Both the position numbers and the translations under genes were made by a program. The notes beneath the pieces are model-generated. The model did not search any database. It was not told the origin of the DNA and was given only the letters and a program-made list of their open reading frames with translations. From Methylobacillus sp. (GTDB lineage Bacteria > Pseudomonadota > Gammaproteobacteria > Burkholderiales > Methylophilaceae), in the NCBI GenBank assembly GCA_018607785.1, contig JABBAU010000026.1:10749-74748 (forward strand): DNA of 64,000 bases, given 5' to 3'. The number at the start of each line of letters is the position of its first letter. Within the stretch, counting starts at the first letter, position 1. This document shows, in pieces, positions 29,890 to 40,431 of the stretch.

Positions 29890-31569
29890 ATGAAAATAAG
29901 CCTTGCAGAAATCAATCCAAAAGTTGGTGATTTAAGACATAACAGTAAGCTCATAATAAAGCATGCTGAAATAGCTTTAAAAAATGGAGCTGAAATTTTA
30001 ATAACACCAGAATTAAGCCTATGTGGTTATCCTCCAGAAGACCTTCTTTTAGAAAAAGAATTTGTTGATAGGTGTCATTACTATCTCATTGGAATAGCCA
30101 AAAAATTTCCTACACTTAATATTATTGTTGGTTACCCAAGAAGAAAAAATAAACTTCTCTTTAATTCTATCTCATTACTCTTTGGTGGAAAAATTAATAA
30201 AACCTACGATAAACAGAAGCTACCAAATTATGGTGTATTTGACGAAAAAAGATATTTTTCTGCAGGTGACAAACCAGGAATTTTTAAATATAAAAATAAA
30301 AAATTTGGATTGCTTATATGCGAGGACATATGGGAGGATGGCCCACTTGAGAAGTTAAATGAGCTTAAAGCTGACTATGTAATTTGTGTAAACGCTTCAC
30401 CATACGAATTTAATAAAACAAAAACTAAAATAAATTTAATTCAAAAAAAACTTAATAAACTTGATGATATTAATTTAATCTATTTGAACTGTGTTGGTGG
30501 ACAAGACGAGTTATTATTTGATGGAAGCTCTTTCATCACGAAACCAAAACAATACAACAAAAAGAATTTACCATTTATATCAGAGCCATTTGTAAGTAAA
30601 AATATTATTGCTGACTTCTCTGATGAAAATGAGATTAAAATTATCAGTAAAAATGAAAAATTTCCATATCATAGAAAAATTTTAAAAACGTCGATTATTT
30701 CTAAAAGTTTATCAAATTCAGAAAATTATCTTACATATAACCTTCTGAATGGACTGATGTTAGCAATGAAGGATTATGTAGAAAAAAACAATATAAAAAA
30801 ATTAATTCTTGGACTCTCAGGCGGTATTGACTCAGCAGTTGTTTTATATATTGCATCAAAGGTGATAAAAAAACAAAATATTACTGCCATTATGATGCCG
30901 AGTATTTATACATCCCAAGCAAGCCTTGAAGATGCAAAAAAAATTGCATCAAATTTAGAAGTAAATTATAAAATTATACCTATCAAGAAACATATAAAAC
31001 TTTTTGAAAATACTTTCAAAGAAGATTTTGTTGGGCTTGAAAAAGATATAACAGAGCAAAATATTCAGGCAAGAATAAGGGGTATGATTTTGATGGCATT
31101 TGCAAATAAATTTAATGGTATGGTTCTTGCTACAGGCAATAAGAGTGAAAATGCTGTGGGATACTCAACAATATATGGAGATATGGTTGGAGGTTTCGCA
31201 ATTTTAAAAGATGTGCCAAAAACAATGGTTTATAAAATTGCGAATGAGATAAATTATGATCAAACTATCATTCCACAAAGAATTATTAATAGAGCTCCTT
31301 CTGCGGAACTATCAAAAAATCAAACTGACCAAGACACACTTCCGAATTACGAAATTCTGGATGAAATAATCGACCTTCACATAGAAAAAAATTATAGTGA
31401 AAAAGAATTAATTAAATATGGTTTCTCTGCTAATTTAGTTAAAAAGGTTGTAAAATTAATTAAACTAAATGAATTTAAAAGAAGACAATCCGCTCCGGGT
31501 CCAAAGATAACATCAAAGGCATTTGGGAAAGATCGTCGCTATCCAATAACAAATAAATTCCAATTGTAA
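29890..31569 (+). CDS. nadE: Glutamine-dependent NAD+ synthetase (nitrilase domain plus NAD synthetase domain)
   Basis: 559 aa. CN-hydrolase triad contexts (ITPELSLCGYP, KQKLPNYGVFDE, LLICEDIW). PP-loop LGLSGGIDSAV in the C-terminal domain. Confidence 0.93.
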   Translation: MKISLAEINPKVGDLRHNSKLIIKHAEIALKNGAEILITPELSLCGYPPEDLLLEKEFVDRCHYYLIGIAKKFPTLNIIVGYPRRKNKLLFNSISLLFGGKINKTYDKQKLPNYGVFDEKRYFSAGDKPGIFKYKNKKFGLLICEDIWEDGPLEKLNELKADYVICVNASPYEFNKTKTKINLIQKKLNKLDDINLIYLNCVGGQDELLFDGSSFITKPKQYNKKNLPFISEPFVSKNIIADFSDENEIKIISKNEKFPYHRKILKTSIISKSLSNSENYLTYNLLNGLMLAMKDYVEKNNIKKLILGLSGGIDSAVVLYIASKVIKKQNITAIMMPSIYTSQASLEDAKKIASNLEVNYKIIPIKKHIKLFENTFKEDFVGLEKDITEQNIQARIRGMILMAFANKFNGMVLATGNKSENAVGYSTIYGDMVGGFAILKDVPKTMVYKIANEINYDQTIIPQRIINRAPSAELSKNQTDQDTLPNYEILDEIIDLHIEKNYSEKELIKYGFSANLVKKVVKLIKLNEFKRRQSAPGPKITSKAFGKDRRYPITNKFQL

Positions 31570-31582
31570 TTATTAGGAGTAA

Positions 31583-31924
<342 letters not shown>

Positions 31925-31931
31925 AAAATTA

Positions 31932-32669
31932 TTATTTTGATAACACCCTTTTTACATAAGTAAGGTCTTCTTGGCTATCGACACCTTTGATTGGGCTTCC
32001 ATCATATAAAACTACTTTTATATTCAAATTATTTGATAACGCGCGAAGTTGTTCCAGCTTCTCAATTATCTCAATTTCAGAAATTGGAAAACTACAAAAT
32101 TTTTCTAATTCACTAATCTTGTAAGCGTATATACCTAAATGATGAAAAGCATAATCATTTATTGCTAAATCTGGAGAGGACGAATATGGAATAGCACTTC
32201 TACTAAAATAGAGTGCATTTGAAAATTTATCTATAACTACCTTAACATTGTTTGGGTTTATGAAATCTTCATAAGAATTAAATTTACTACATGCAGTTAC
32301 ATAGCCTGACTTATCTTTTTCAACATTGGAGGCAAGTAAACTAATCAGCTTAGGATCTATTAAAGGTTCATCGGCCTGAACATTAACGATAATTTCACTA
32401 TTATTCCATTTCATGATTTTTGCGACTTCAAGGCATCTATCAGTTCCTGATAAATGATTTTTGTCAGTCATTACTGATTGAAAATTATGAAGCTTCACAA
32501 TATCTGCTACTTTTTTATCATCTGTTGCAACTATAATTTGCTTAGCCCCCGATAGGCTTGCTCTTTTTGCAACATGAATTACCATGGGTACATCATTAAT
32601 TTCAATCAAGACCTTCTCTTTTAAACGAGAACTATTTAGCCTTGCAGGAATAACAACATTAAAGCTCAT
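31932..32669 (-). CDS. kdsB: 3-deoxy-manno-octulosonate cytidylyltransferase (CMP-KDO synthetase)
   Basis: 245 aa. N-terminal VIPARLNSSRLKEKVL and NVQADEPLI blocks. Confidence 0.93.
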   Translation of the reverse strand: MSFNVVIPARLNSSRLKEKVLIEINDVPMVIHVAKRASLSGAKQIIVATDDKKVADIVKLHNFQSVMTDKNHLSGTDRCLEVAKIMKWNNSEIIVNVQADEPLIDPKLISLLASNVEKDKSGYVTACSKFNSYEDFINPNNVKVVIDKFSNALYFSRSAIPYSSSPDLAINDYAFHHLGIYAYKISELEKFCSFPISEIEIIEKLEQLRALSNNLNIKVVLYDGSPIKGVDSQEDLTYVKRVLSK

Positions 32670-32682
32670 AGAAAATTAAAAA

Positions 32683-32847
32683 TCATTTTAATTTTCTTGC
32701 TTCATCTTCTAACAAGATTGGAATATTATTTTTAATTGGATAAGCTAATTTAGCAGATTTAGAAATAAGCTCATTTTTTTCTTTATCAAAAACAAGAGGT
32801 CCCTTAGTGACTGGGCAAACTAAAATTTTAAGTAATTCTTTATCCAT
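32683..32847 (-). CDS. ycaR: Trm112/YcaR (UPF0434) family small protein
   Basis: Hand-translated 54-aa ORF, below the ORF-track cutoff: [54 protein letters not shown]. LLxILVCPxxKGxL and YPIxxxIPILL are the family signature. Sits in the canonical lpxK-ycaR-kdsB position. The ATG overlaps the lpxK stop by 8 nt. Confidence 0.8.
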   Translation of the reverse strand: MDKELLKILVCPVTKGPLVFDKEKNELISKSAKLAYPIKNNIPILLEDEARKLK

Positions 32848-33841
32848 GAGTTAAGCTAGTTTTTTTTAATATGTCTTTAAATAGGCGATCATCTACTTCT
32901 GTTTCAATTGGTAATACCCAAAAATTTGTATTTGCAAATTTTTTACATTTGATTGCATCTTTTTCAGTCATAACAATATTGTAATCTTCATACTTAACAA
33001 AATCATCCCTCTGAAACAAATAATGATCATTAAAAATAATTCGCTCAAAATTTAAATTACTATCAGTTAAGGTTGAGAAGAAGCTATCTGGATTTCCAAT
33101 TGCAGTTATGGCTACAATTTTTTTATTTTTGATGTCTGAAAAACTGATTGTGCTTGATGTTTTTAAATTTACAAAGTTATTTGGGATATATTTCATTTGA
33201 AAAAATTGTGGGTTCTCATTTTCACCCTTCACAACAACAGCATCAACCCTATCTAATCTAGTAACCTTTTCTCGCAAAGGACCTGCAGGAAATAATAAAC
33301 CGTTTCCAAACTTTCTTTGTGAATCAATGACTGCAATTTCATAGTCTCTAGCTAATTTTAGATGTTGTAAACCGTCATCACATAAAATTATGGATGTTTC
33401 TGGATATTTATTAAGTAAATCTTCAGCTGCACTTACTCTGTCTTTACCAACAAAAACTGGAATATCAAATTTAGTTTTTATTAATAACGCTTCATCCCCC
33501 ACATATTCAACATCTGAAAATCCAAAGACTTCTCCTGTACCTCTTATATCACCTCCATAACCTCTTGAAATAAGGGCTGGCTGTAATCCTTGATTTATAA
33601 ACTTATGAATAAGGTTCAATACTAAGGGAGTTTTACCGGTCCCACCGAGTGTAATATTTCCTATAATTACAACAGGAACTCTAATTTTTATTTTTTTTAA
33701 AAAATTCTTTTCATATAAATAATTTCTTACTATATTTATAAAGTTTAAAACGTAACTTAAGGGTATAAGAAGATAAATCCAGTTTGATTTTTTATAATAT
33801 TGATTATTGAATATTTGGTCAGTTGATATCAACTTATTCAA
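32840..33841 (-). CDS. lpxK: Tetraacyldisaccharide 4'-kinase
   Basis: 333 aa. P-loop [21 protein letters not shown] start inferred, overlapping the msbA stop by 8 nt. Confidence 0.9.
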   Translation of the reverse strand: MNKLISTDQIFNNQYYKKSNWIYLLIPLSYVLNFINIVRNYLYEKNFLKKIKIRVPVVIIGNITLGGTGKTPLVLNLIHKFINQGLQPALISRGYGGDIRGTGEVFGFSDVEYVGDEALLIKTKFDIPVFVGKDRVSAAEDLLNKYPETSIILCDDGLQHLKLARDYEIAVIDSQRKFGNGLLFPAGPLREKVTRLDRVDAVVVKGENENPQFFQMKYIPNNFVNLKTSSTISFSDIKNKKIVAITAIGNPDSFFSTLTDSNLNFERIIFNDHYLFQRDDFVKYEDYNIVMTEKDAIKCKKFANTNFWVLPIETEVDDRLFKDILKKTSLTHG

Positions 33842-35579
33842 ATCCTTTTTTATAAATTTTTAAATAAAATTTATTATTTTTTATTAAATCATTATGTTTA
33901 CCCTCTCCGACTATTTTTCCTTGATCCATTACAATTATTTTATCTGCATTTTTAATTGTACTAAGTCGGTGAGCAATAATAATAGAAGTTTTTTTAATCA
34001 TTAAATTATCAAGTGCTGCTTGAACTAAGCTTTCTGATTCTGAATCTAGTGCTGATGTAGCCTCATCTAATAATAAAATTGGGGCATTTTTTAATATTGC
34101 TCGTGCAATGGCTATTCTTTGTTTCTGACCCCCTGATAATCTAACTCCCCTATCTCCAATAACATGATTGAAACCATCAGGAAGTTTATTAATAAATTCA
34201 GAGGCGTTTGCTGCTTCAGCCGCTTTTTTTACTTTTTCTAGATTTACAGCAGATAAATTTCCATAGGCAATATTATTAAAAATTGTGTCGTTAAATAAGA
34301 TCGTGTCTTGACTCACCATTGCAAGATTCTCTCTTAATGAATTTAATGAAATATTACTTATATCAATACCATCAAGTTTAATTGTTCCGGAATTTACCGC
34401 ATAAAACTTTGGGATTAGATTTAATAGCGTTGTTTTTCCTCCACCAGACTTTCCAACTAAGGCAATTTTCTCACCAGCTTTTATATCTAAATTTATATTT
34501 GATAATATAATTTTTTCATCTTTTGGATATGAAAAGCTTACATTCTCAAATTCTAATTTTCCTCTTACTTTTTTTAAATTTATCCTTCCTAAATCTTTTT
34601 CTTTTTTCTCATCCATTACTGAAAAAATACTTTTGGCAGCAGCATATCCAGTTTGTATTTGCTCATTTAATGCCGTTAATCTTTTAATAGGTGTGATGAT
34701 GAGAACTACGGCTCCTATAAATGCTATAAATTCTCCAGGTGATAAATTAGTAAGGGAAAAATGCAAAACAGCTGCTAACAAAAATCCTAAAATTATTTCT
34801 ATAATCAAGCTATTAGTAGCGCTTAATCTCGCCAACTTTGTAGCCATTTTACGATTACGCGTTATTGATTTACTAAATCGTTCACTTTCATATTTTGCTG
34901 CACCAAATATTTTAACAATCCTTTGTCCTGAAATTGCCTCCTCAGCAATTTTAGTTATTTCTCCCATTAGACTTTGAAATTCACTTGCGGCGTTCCTTAA
35001 TTTAGGAATTATTTTTTTGATAAAATATCCTGCAATTGGCAAGATGATAATTACAAAAAAAGCTAACAACCAATTCAAATAAAACATATAGCTAACAACA
35101 GCAATAATTGTAATGCTATCCCTTAGGGCATCTAAAGACATTTTCGTTATGATTGTTTGTAATTGTTCTGTCTCATAGGTTATTTTTGATACTAAAACCC
35201 CTGTTGTGTTCCTATCAAAATAGGAAATTGGTAGTTTCATTAAATTTTTAAAAATATCAAAGCGTAATTTTTGTACTATTTTTCTTGAAATCCATCTTAG
35301 AGCATATGTAGAAAAAAATCTTGCGGAGGCTCTAATTAAAACAATAAAGATTAGGATGATTGGGATAAGCCTTGTTAGATTATCAGCGTTACTAACAAAT
35401 CCTTCATCCGTTATTTTTTTAATTAGGGCAAGAAAACTTGTGTCTGCCAAAGCCATTAAAATAATAGCAACAATACTCAAGCTAAAGATTAATTTAAATT
35501 CAAGTGCATATTTAAATAAGCGTATGTAGACTTTTTTATAATTTCTTAAAGTTTCTTTTGTCGCTATTTCTTTCGACAT
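33834..35579 (-). CDS. msbA: Lipid A export ATP-binding/permease protein
   Basis: 581 aa. 6-TM domain plus NBD (GKSGGGKTT Walker A, LSGGQKQRIAIARA signature, LLLDEATSALD Walker B). Position upstream of lpxK. Confidence 0.9.
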   Translation of the reverse strand: MSKEIATKETLRNYKKVYIRLFKYALEFKLIFSLSIVAIILMALADTSFLALIKKITDEGFVSNADNLTRLIPIILIFIVLIRASARFFSTYALRWISRKIVQKLRFDIFKNLMKLPISYFDRNTTGVLVSKITYETEQLQTIITKMSLDALRDSITIIAVVSYMFYLNWLLAFFVIIILPIAGYFIKKIIPKLRNAASEFQSLMGEITKIAEEAISGQRIVKIFGAAKYESERFSKSITRNRKMATKLARLSATNSLIIEIILGFLLAAVLHFSLTNLSPGEFIAFIGAVVLIITPIKRLTALNEQIQTGYAAAKSIFSVMDEKKEKDLGRINLKKVRGKLEFENVSFSYPKDEKIILSNINLDIKAGEKIALVGKSGGGKTTLLNLIPKFYAVNSGTIKLDGIDISNISLNSLRENLAMVSQDTILFNDTIFNNIAYGNLSAVNLEKVKKAAEAANASEFINKLPDGFNHVIGDRGVRLSGGQKQRIAIARAILKNAPILLLDEATSALDSESESLVQAALDNLMIKKTSIIIAHRLSTIKNADKIIVMDQGKIVGEGKHNDLIKNNKFYLKIYKKGFE

Positions 35580-35586
35580 TTAGCTT

Positions 35587-36000
35587 TTATTCTACTTTTG
35601 TTGAAAAGGTAATTTTTGATAAACCTGAAATCCTTGCAGCTTCCATGACATTTATGACAGACTGGTGAGGTGAATTAGAGTCAGCATTGATAACAATTAC
35701 AGGATCTTTAATATTATTAGCTGCAGCCTTTAAATTTATCACGATATCGCTGATAGTTGAGTTTCTCATTGATGATTCATTAATGGCATAATTACCATTT
35801 TCAGATATTGCAATATTTATTCTTTCAATTTTTTTATCAACTTGATTTGCTTCGGCTGTTGGAAGATTTATTTTTAATTCACTAAATTTTGAAAATGTCG
35901 TACTCACGACTAAGAAAATAATAATGACCAACAAAACATCAATCAAGGGTATAAAATTTATTTCCAAATCATCTTCTCTTACTTTTTTTCTAAAATTCAT
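35587..36000 (-). CDS. exbD: ExbD/TolR family biopolymer transport protein
   Basis: 137 aa. Single N-terminal TM with INFIPLIDVLLVIIIFL (conserved Asp) and a periplasmic domain. Confidence 0.85.
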   Translation of the reverse strand: MNFRKKVREDDLEINFIPLIDVLLVIIIFLVVSTTFSKFSELKINLPTAEANQVDKKIERINIAISENGNYAINESSMRNSTISDIVINLKAAANNIKDPVIVINADSNSPHQSVINVMEAARISGLSKITFSTKVE

Positions 36001-36009
36001 AAATAAAAA

Positions 36010-36606
36010 CTACCCTTTTAAAATCTCAACTATATGAATGGCATCATGCTCCATCTCGTTTAAGTAGTTATCAATTTTGGACCTAAAAAAACGATATGCA
36101 ATCATTGCAGGAACAGCTACAACAATTCCACCTGCAGTATTATAAAGTGCAATAGATATTCCTCGAGCAAATACTGCTACATCATGGCCACTACTTGTAA
36201 AAGAGCTAAATAACTCAACCATCCCTATAATGGTTCCAAAAAGACCTAGGAGAGGGGCTACAGTAGCAATAGTCACCAATACACCGAGGTATCTTTCAAG
36301 GTTATGTACTATAATTCCTGCCCTCTCCTCTAGGGCTGACTTAATAACTTCAACACTATTTTTTCTTTTAAAAATAGCAACAGATAAAAGATCACCTAGT
36401 GGAGAAGAATTTTTTAAGATATCTAACTTATTGTCATCAAGATTATTTTGCTTAATCATGGTATTGATTTCTACCATTAATCCCTCAGGTATAATTTGAC
36501 TTTTTCTTAATGACCAAAATCTTTCTAATATTATTGCAACACCAATAATTGAAGTTAGAATTAATGGCCAGATTGGCCAGCCAGCTGCTTGAATTATTTC
36601 CCACAC
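36010..36606 (-). CDS. exbB: MotA/TolQ/ExbB family proton channel protein
   Basis: 198 aa, 3 TM. Conserved APLLGLFGTIIGMVELF block. GTG start with AGGAG 9 nt upstream. Confidence 0.85.
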   Translation of the reverse strand: MWEIIQAAGWPIWPLILTSIIGVAIILERFWSLRKSQIIPEGLMVEINTMIKQNNLDDNKLDILKNSSPLGDLLSVAIFKRKNSVEVIKSALEERAGIIVHNLERYLGVLVTIATVAPLLGLFGTIIGMVELFSSFTSSGHDVAVFARGISIALYNTAGGIVVAVPAMIAYRFFRSKIDNYLNEMEHDAIHIVEILKG

Positions 36607-36641
36607 AGTATGGAGCTCCTTTTTAAATTTTTTTTATTATA

Positions 36642-37319
36642 CTATTTTGATTTAAGTTTTCCCGATGAAAGGTGATATATTTTATTCATTTTTCTAGCCA
36701 GTGATTGATCATGTGTCACTAAAACTATAGCTGTTTTAAATTCTTCTGTTAATTCTAAAAATGACTCAAAAACTATATTCGCATTTTTGTGATCAAGATT
36801 TCCAGTTGGCTCATCAGCTAAAATTATGTCTGGGGAGGTAACTATTGCTCTTGCTATAGCAACTCTTTGCCTCTCCCCTCCCGACAATTGATGAGGAAAA
36901 TGATTTAATCTACTCCCTAAACCTAATTTTTTTAAAATCTTTTTTGCTTGATTAAAATCTTTCAAGCTATCATTTCTTCTTATAATTAGCGGCATCATCA
37001 CGTTTTCAATTGCTGAAAAATCCTTTAACAAGTGATGCGATTGATACACAAAACCTATATGTTTATTTCGCAATATGGACTTATTATTATCAGAAAGTTT
37101 AGTGATTAAATCATTATTAAAAAAAACATTACCCTTTGATGGATCATCCAATCCAGCAATTATATGTAAAAGGGTGCTTTTACCTGAGCCAGAGCTTCCA
37201 AGAATTGCGACCCTTTCAGAGGCGTTTATTTCGAAACTTAAATTATTAAGCACGGGAACATCAAGATCCTCAAAGCTTTTAGATACATTTTTTAGAGATA
37301 TCTGAAATGAATCATTCAT
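36642..37319 (-). CDS. lolD: Lipoprotein-releasing system ATP-binding protein
   Basis: 225 aa. Walker [10 protein letters not shown], signature [14 protein letters not shown], Walker [12 protein letters not shown]. Overlaps the lolC/E-family gene by 8 nt. Confidence 0.88.
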   Translation of the reverse strand: MNDSFQISLKNVSKSFEDLDVPVLNNLSFEINASERVAILGSSGSGKSTLLHIIAGLDDPSKGNVFFNNDLITKLSDNNKSILRNKHIGFVYQSHHLLKDFSAIENVMMPLIIRRNDSLKDFNQAKKILKKLGLGSRLNHFPHQLSGGERQRVAIARAIVTSPDIILADEPTGNLDHKNANIVFESFLELTEEFKTAIVLVTHDQSLARKMNKIYHLSSGKLKSK

Positions 37320-38580
37320 ATTTTAAAGCCTGAGCGGGTTCTACTTTTGATGCCTTGTAACTTGGATATATTGCGGCTAATAAAGATAAAATTAATCCCA
37401 TCAAACCTATCCTGTAGACATCTATAAGCATTACTTTTGATGGTACCTGAGAAATATAATAAATATCTTTTGCTAAAAACTCTGTATTAAAAATTCTTTC
37501 AATAAAAGGGACAATTAAATCAATATTTAAGGATATTGCTACCCCCAAAAAAATTCCTAGTAAAGTCCCTAAAGTTCCAATAATAAAGCCTTGTGCAATA
37601 AAAATTAACATTATGCTTTTTTGATTTACACCTATAGTTCTTAAAACTGCTATATCAGATCTTTTCTCAGTAACACCCATCACTAAAGTAGAAACAATAT
37701 TAAAAGCAGCTACAGCTATAATCAAAGTTAAAATAATAAACATTACTTTTTTTTCTAGTTCTATTGCCGAAAAAAGGTTAGCATGCCTAGTTCTCCAATC
37801 AGAAACATAAACAAAAGGGTCATCGCTAAAAGTTTTTTTCAAATAATTTGAAATCTTCTCAGTATTATCAATATCTTCTAACTCTATCCTTAAGCCTGAG
37901 ACACCATTACTTGTTTTAAAAAACTTTTGAGCATCCTTCAAATTTATAAGAACAAGTCCTGCATCATATTCATACATACCTGAATCAAAGATCCCTGACA
38001 CATAAAAGCGTTTCATCCTAGGCATGACCCCTGCCGCAGAGAAATTTGCTTTTGATGAAATCATTGCAATTTTATCTCCAACCGATGCCCCCAAATATCT
38101 TGCAAGATCAACTCCTATTATTATTTCGTAATCTCCCGGATTTAAGAGATATGATCCTGTTTTTATTTTGGTATTTATATCACTTACATTTTTTTCAATT
38201 TCAGGAATTATGCCCCTAACTATAACCCCTCTATTTCTTTTACCTACAGAGATCATCGCTTGATCTTGAACATAGGGAGCAATGCCATTAATTCCTATAT
38301 TTTTATCGATTATAGTTTCAGCTTTTTTCCAATTATTAAAATCTCTTCCTGGTTTTGTAATTTCAATATGAGAAGTAACGCTTAAAATTCTTGATTTTAA
38401 TTCTGACTGGAATCCGTTCATGACTGACAATACAATTATTAAAGCCATCACACCCAATGTGATTCCAATTATGCTCGTTAAAGAAATAAAAGAAATAAAT
38501 TGGTTTGTGTTTTTTAAATTTGTATATCTCAGGGCAATCCAAAATTCATAAAATTTTTTATTTTTAATAAGTTTGGTCAT
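37312..38580 (-). CDS. Lipoprotein-releasing system transmembrane protein, LolC/LolE family (single copy here)
   Basis: 422 aa. MacB-type topology: TM1, a large periplasmic domain and a C-terminal FtsX-like 3-TM bundle. Immediately upstream of lolD. Confidence 0.88.
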   Translation of the reverse strand: MTKLIKNKKFYEFWIALRYTNLKNTNQFISFISLTSIIGITLGVMALIIVLSVMNGFQSELKSRILSVTSHIEITKPGRDFNNWKKAETIIDKNIGINGIAPYVQDQAMISVGKRNRGVIVRGIIPEIEKNVSDINTKIKTGSYLLNPGDYEIIIGVDLARYLGASVGDKIAMISSKANFSAAGVMPRMKRFYVSGIFDSGMYEYDAGLVLINLKDAQKFFKTSNGVSGLRIELEDIDNTEKISNYLKKTFSDDPFVYVSDWRTRHANLFSAIELEKKVMFIILTLIIAVAAFNIVSTLVMGVTEKRSDIAVLRTIGVNQKSIMLIFIAQGFIIGTLGTLLGIFLGVAISLNIDLIVPFIERIFNTEFLAKDIYYISQVPSKVMLIDVYRIGLMGLILSLLAAIYPSYKASKVEPAQALKYE

Positions 38581-38632
38581 TGAATATACATTTAGTTAAA
38601 CTTCGCTTTAATCATTCTGCTAGAATTATGGC

Positions 38633-39220
38633 ATGTTTACAGGAATAATTGAATCTATCGGTACAGTGAAATCCATCAAAAGGGTGGGTGAAGATTTAAA
38701 GATTGATGTCTTATTTGATGAACAAAAGTTAAAAGATATTCATGTAGGGGATAGTATAGCTGTAAATGGTATTTGCTTAACTGTAAACAATCTTAATAAA
38801 AAATTACTCAGTTTTGATGTATCCAAAGAGACATCATCAAGAGTATCTCCTTTGAAAATCTCCCAAAAATTGAATCTTGAGACATCTTTACGTTTTAATG
38901 GAAAGGTTTCTGGCCATTTCGTTACAGGCCATATCGATGAAGTTGGTATTATCAACAGTATTGAAAAAAAAGATCTTTGTGAGGTTTGGAGTATAAAAGT
39001 ATCAAATAAATTAATAAAATTTTTACCTGAAAAGGGTTCAGTTGCGATTAATGGAACAAGCCTGACTATAAATAGAGTAGATAAGAATTTTTTTTATATA
39101 AACTTAATACCGCATACATTAATTTCTACAAATTTGTCATCTCATAGAGTTGGGGATAGTGTAAATGTAGAGATTGATATGATTGCAAGGTACCTCCAAA
39201 ACTTTGCTCAAAATGAATAA
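38633..39220 (+). CDS. ribE: Riboflavin synthase (alpha chain)
   Basis: 195 aa. MFTGIIESIGTV N-terminus and internal duplication (GDSIAVNGICLTV / GSVAINGTSLTI). Confidence 0.92.
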   Translation: MFTGIIESIGTVKSIKRVGEDLKIDVLFDEQKLKDIHVGDSIAVNGICLTVNNLNKKLLSFDVSKETSSRVSPLKISQKLNLETSLRFNGKVSGHFVTGHIDEVGIINSIEKKDLCEVWSIKVSNKLIKFLPEKGSVAINGTSLTINRVDKNFFYINLIPHTLISTNLSSHRVGDSVNVEIDMIARYLQNFAQNE

Positions 39221-39226
39221 TAATTT

Positions 39227-40309
39227 ATGAATAATATAGAAGACATAATAAATGATCTAAAAAAAGGCAAAATGGTAATTCTTGTAGATGACGAGGATCG
39301 AGAAAACGAAGGAGATTTGTTACTGGCTGCCGATCATGTTACTCCAGAATTTATCAACTTCATGGCTAAATATGGAAGAGGTCTCATCTGCTTAACACTT
39401 ACTGAAGATAAAGCTAAAAAACTAAAGCTTCCATTAATGGTTGAAGATAATCAAGGAAAACTTGGGACAAATTTTACTGTTTCAATTGATGCCTCATCGG
39501 GAATATCAACTGGCATATCAGCAGCAGATCGAGCTAAAACAATCATGTCTGCTATCTTGCCTGAATCTGATCATACTTTTATCAATAGGCCTGGGCATGT
39601 ATTTCCACTCATCGCACATTCAGGTGGCGTTTTATATAGAGCTGGTCATACTGAAGCGGGTTGTGACCTTGCTGCTTTAGCAGGCGCAACCCCGGCATCT
39701 GTTATATGCGAGATACTTAATGATGATGGAACAATGGCAAGACTTCCAGATTTAATTAAATTTTCAAAAAAACATAATATAAAAATTGGGACAATTGCTG
39801 ATTTAATTGAATACAGAAGCAAGAAAGAAAAGCTTATTAAAAAAATAAGTGAAGAAAAAGTTAATACTGAATTTGGTTCTATGAATTTAATAATGTACTC
39901 AGATTTACTTACAAAAAACATGCATTTAGCGTTAGTAAAAGGTGTGATTAAAAAAAATGATGAGGTAATGGTGAGAGTGCATGAACCTTTGTCAATTTTA
40001 GATTTTATTAGCAGAGAAACATCGCATTCCTGGCCTCCTTTAAGGGCAATAGAGGCAATTAATAATGAGGAAAAAGGTGTAATAATTTTCTTAAATTATA
40101 ATGAGTCTCAGGATAGTATTACTAGTAAATTAAGTCTAAAAAATACTGCTTTAAAAAAATCAACAGATTTAAGGAATTATGGAATTGGTTCGCAAATTTT
40201 GGTTGATATTGGTGTTACAAAGATGAAGCTTTTAGCTGCACCAAGAAAAATGCCAAGTATGACTGGATATGGCCTTCAAGTAACTGAATTCATTGAAAAT
40301 AATTTATAA
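39227..40309 (+). CDS. ribB: 3,4-dihydroxy-2-butanone-4-phosphate synthase fused to a degenerate GTP cyclohydrolase II-like domain (RibBX-type)
   Basis: 360 aa. The N-domain has [15 protein letters not shown] and [12 protein letters not shown]. The C-domain (about 39839-40309) aligns with GCH II but contains no cysteine at all. [19 protein letters not shown] replaces the RVHSECLTGD...RCDCG zinc site. Confidence 0.88.
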   Translation: MNNIEDIINDLKKGKMVILVDDEDRENEGDLLLAADHVTPEFINFMAKYGRGLICLTLTEDKAKKLKLPLMVEDNQGKLGTNFTVSIDASSGISTGISAADRAKTIMSAILPESDHTFINRPGHVFPLIAHSGGVLYRAGHTEAGCDLAALAGATPASVICEILNDDGTMARLPDLIKFSKKHNIKIGTIADLIEYRSKKEKLIKKISEEKVNTEFGSMNLIMYSDLLTKNMHLALVKGVIKKNDEVMVRVHEPLSILDFISRETSHSWPPLRAIEAINNEEKGVIIFLNYNESQDSITSKLSLKNTALKKSTDLRNYGIGSQILVDIGVTKMKLLAAPRKMPSMTGYGLQVTEFIENNL

Positions 40310-40380
40310 ACTGAAAAGAATTTCATGGTAATATGTAATTGTTGAATAATTACAAAAACAGCTTAGATTTTTTAATAAAT

Positions 40381-40406
40381 AAAGGGAATCATATCCCTTT
40401 TTTTTT
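40381..40406 (+). terminator. Putative rho-independent terminator after ribE-ribB
   Basis: 7-bp stem aaaggga/tcccttt (40381-87 and 40394-400), 6-nt loop, with the T-run continuing to 40406 (9 consecutive T). AT-rich stem, so moderate confidence. Confidence 0.55.
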
Positions 40407-40431
40407 ACCCAGAATTCTACCTTCCAAATTA

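Noticed and set aside
40339-40431. N-terminal 31-residue extension of ruvX from a TTG at 40339.
   Set aside because: The extension contains the hairpin plus T9 putative terminator (40381-40406) and is not homologous to YqgF proteins. ATG 40432 gives the expected N-terminal length.
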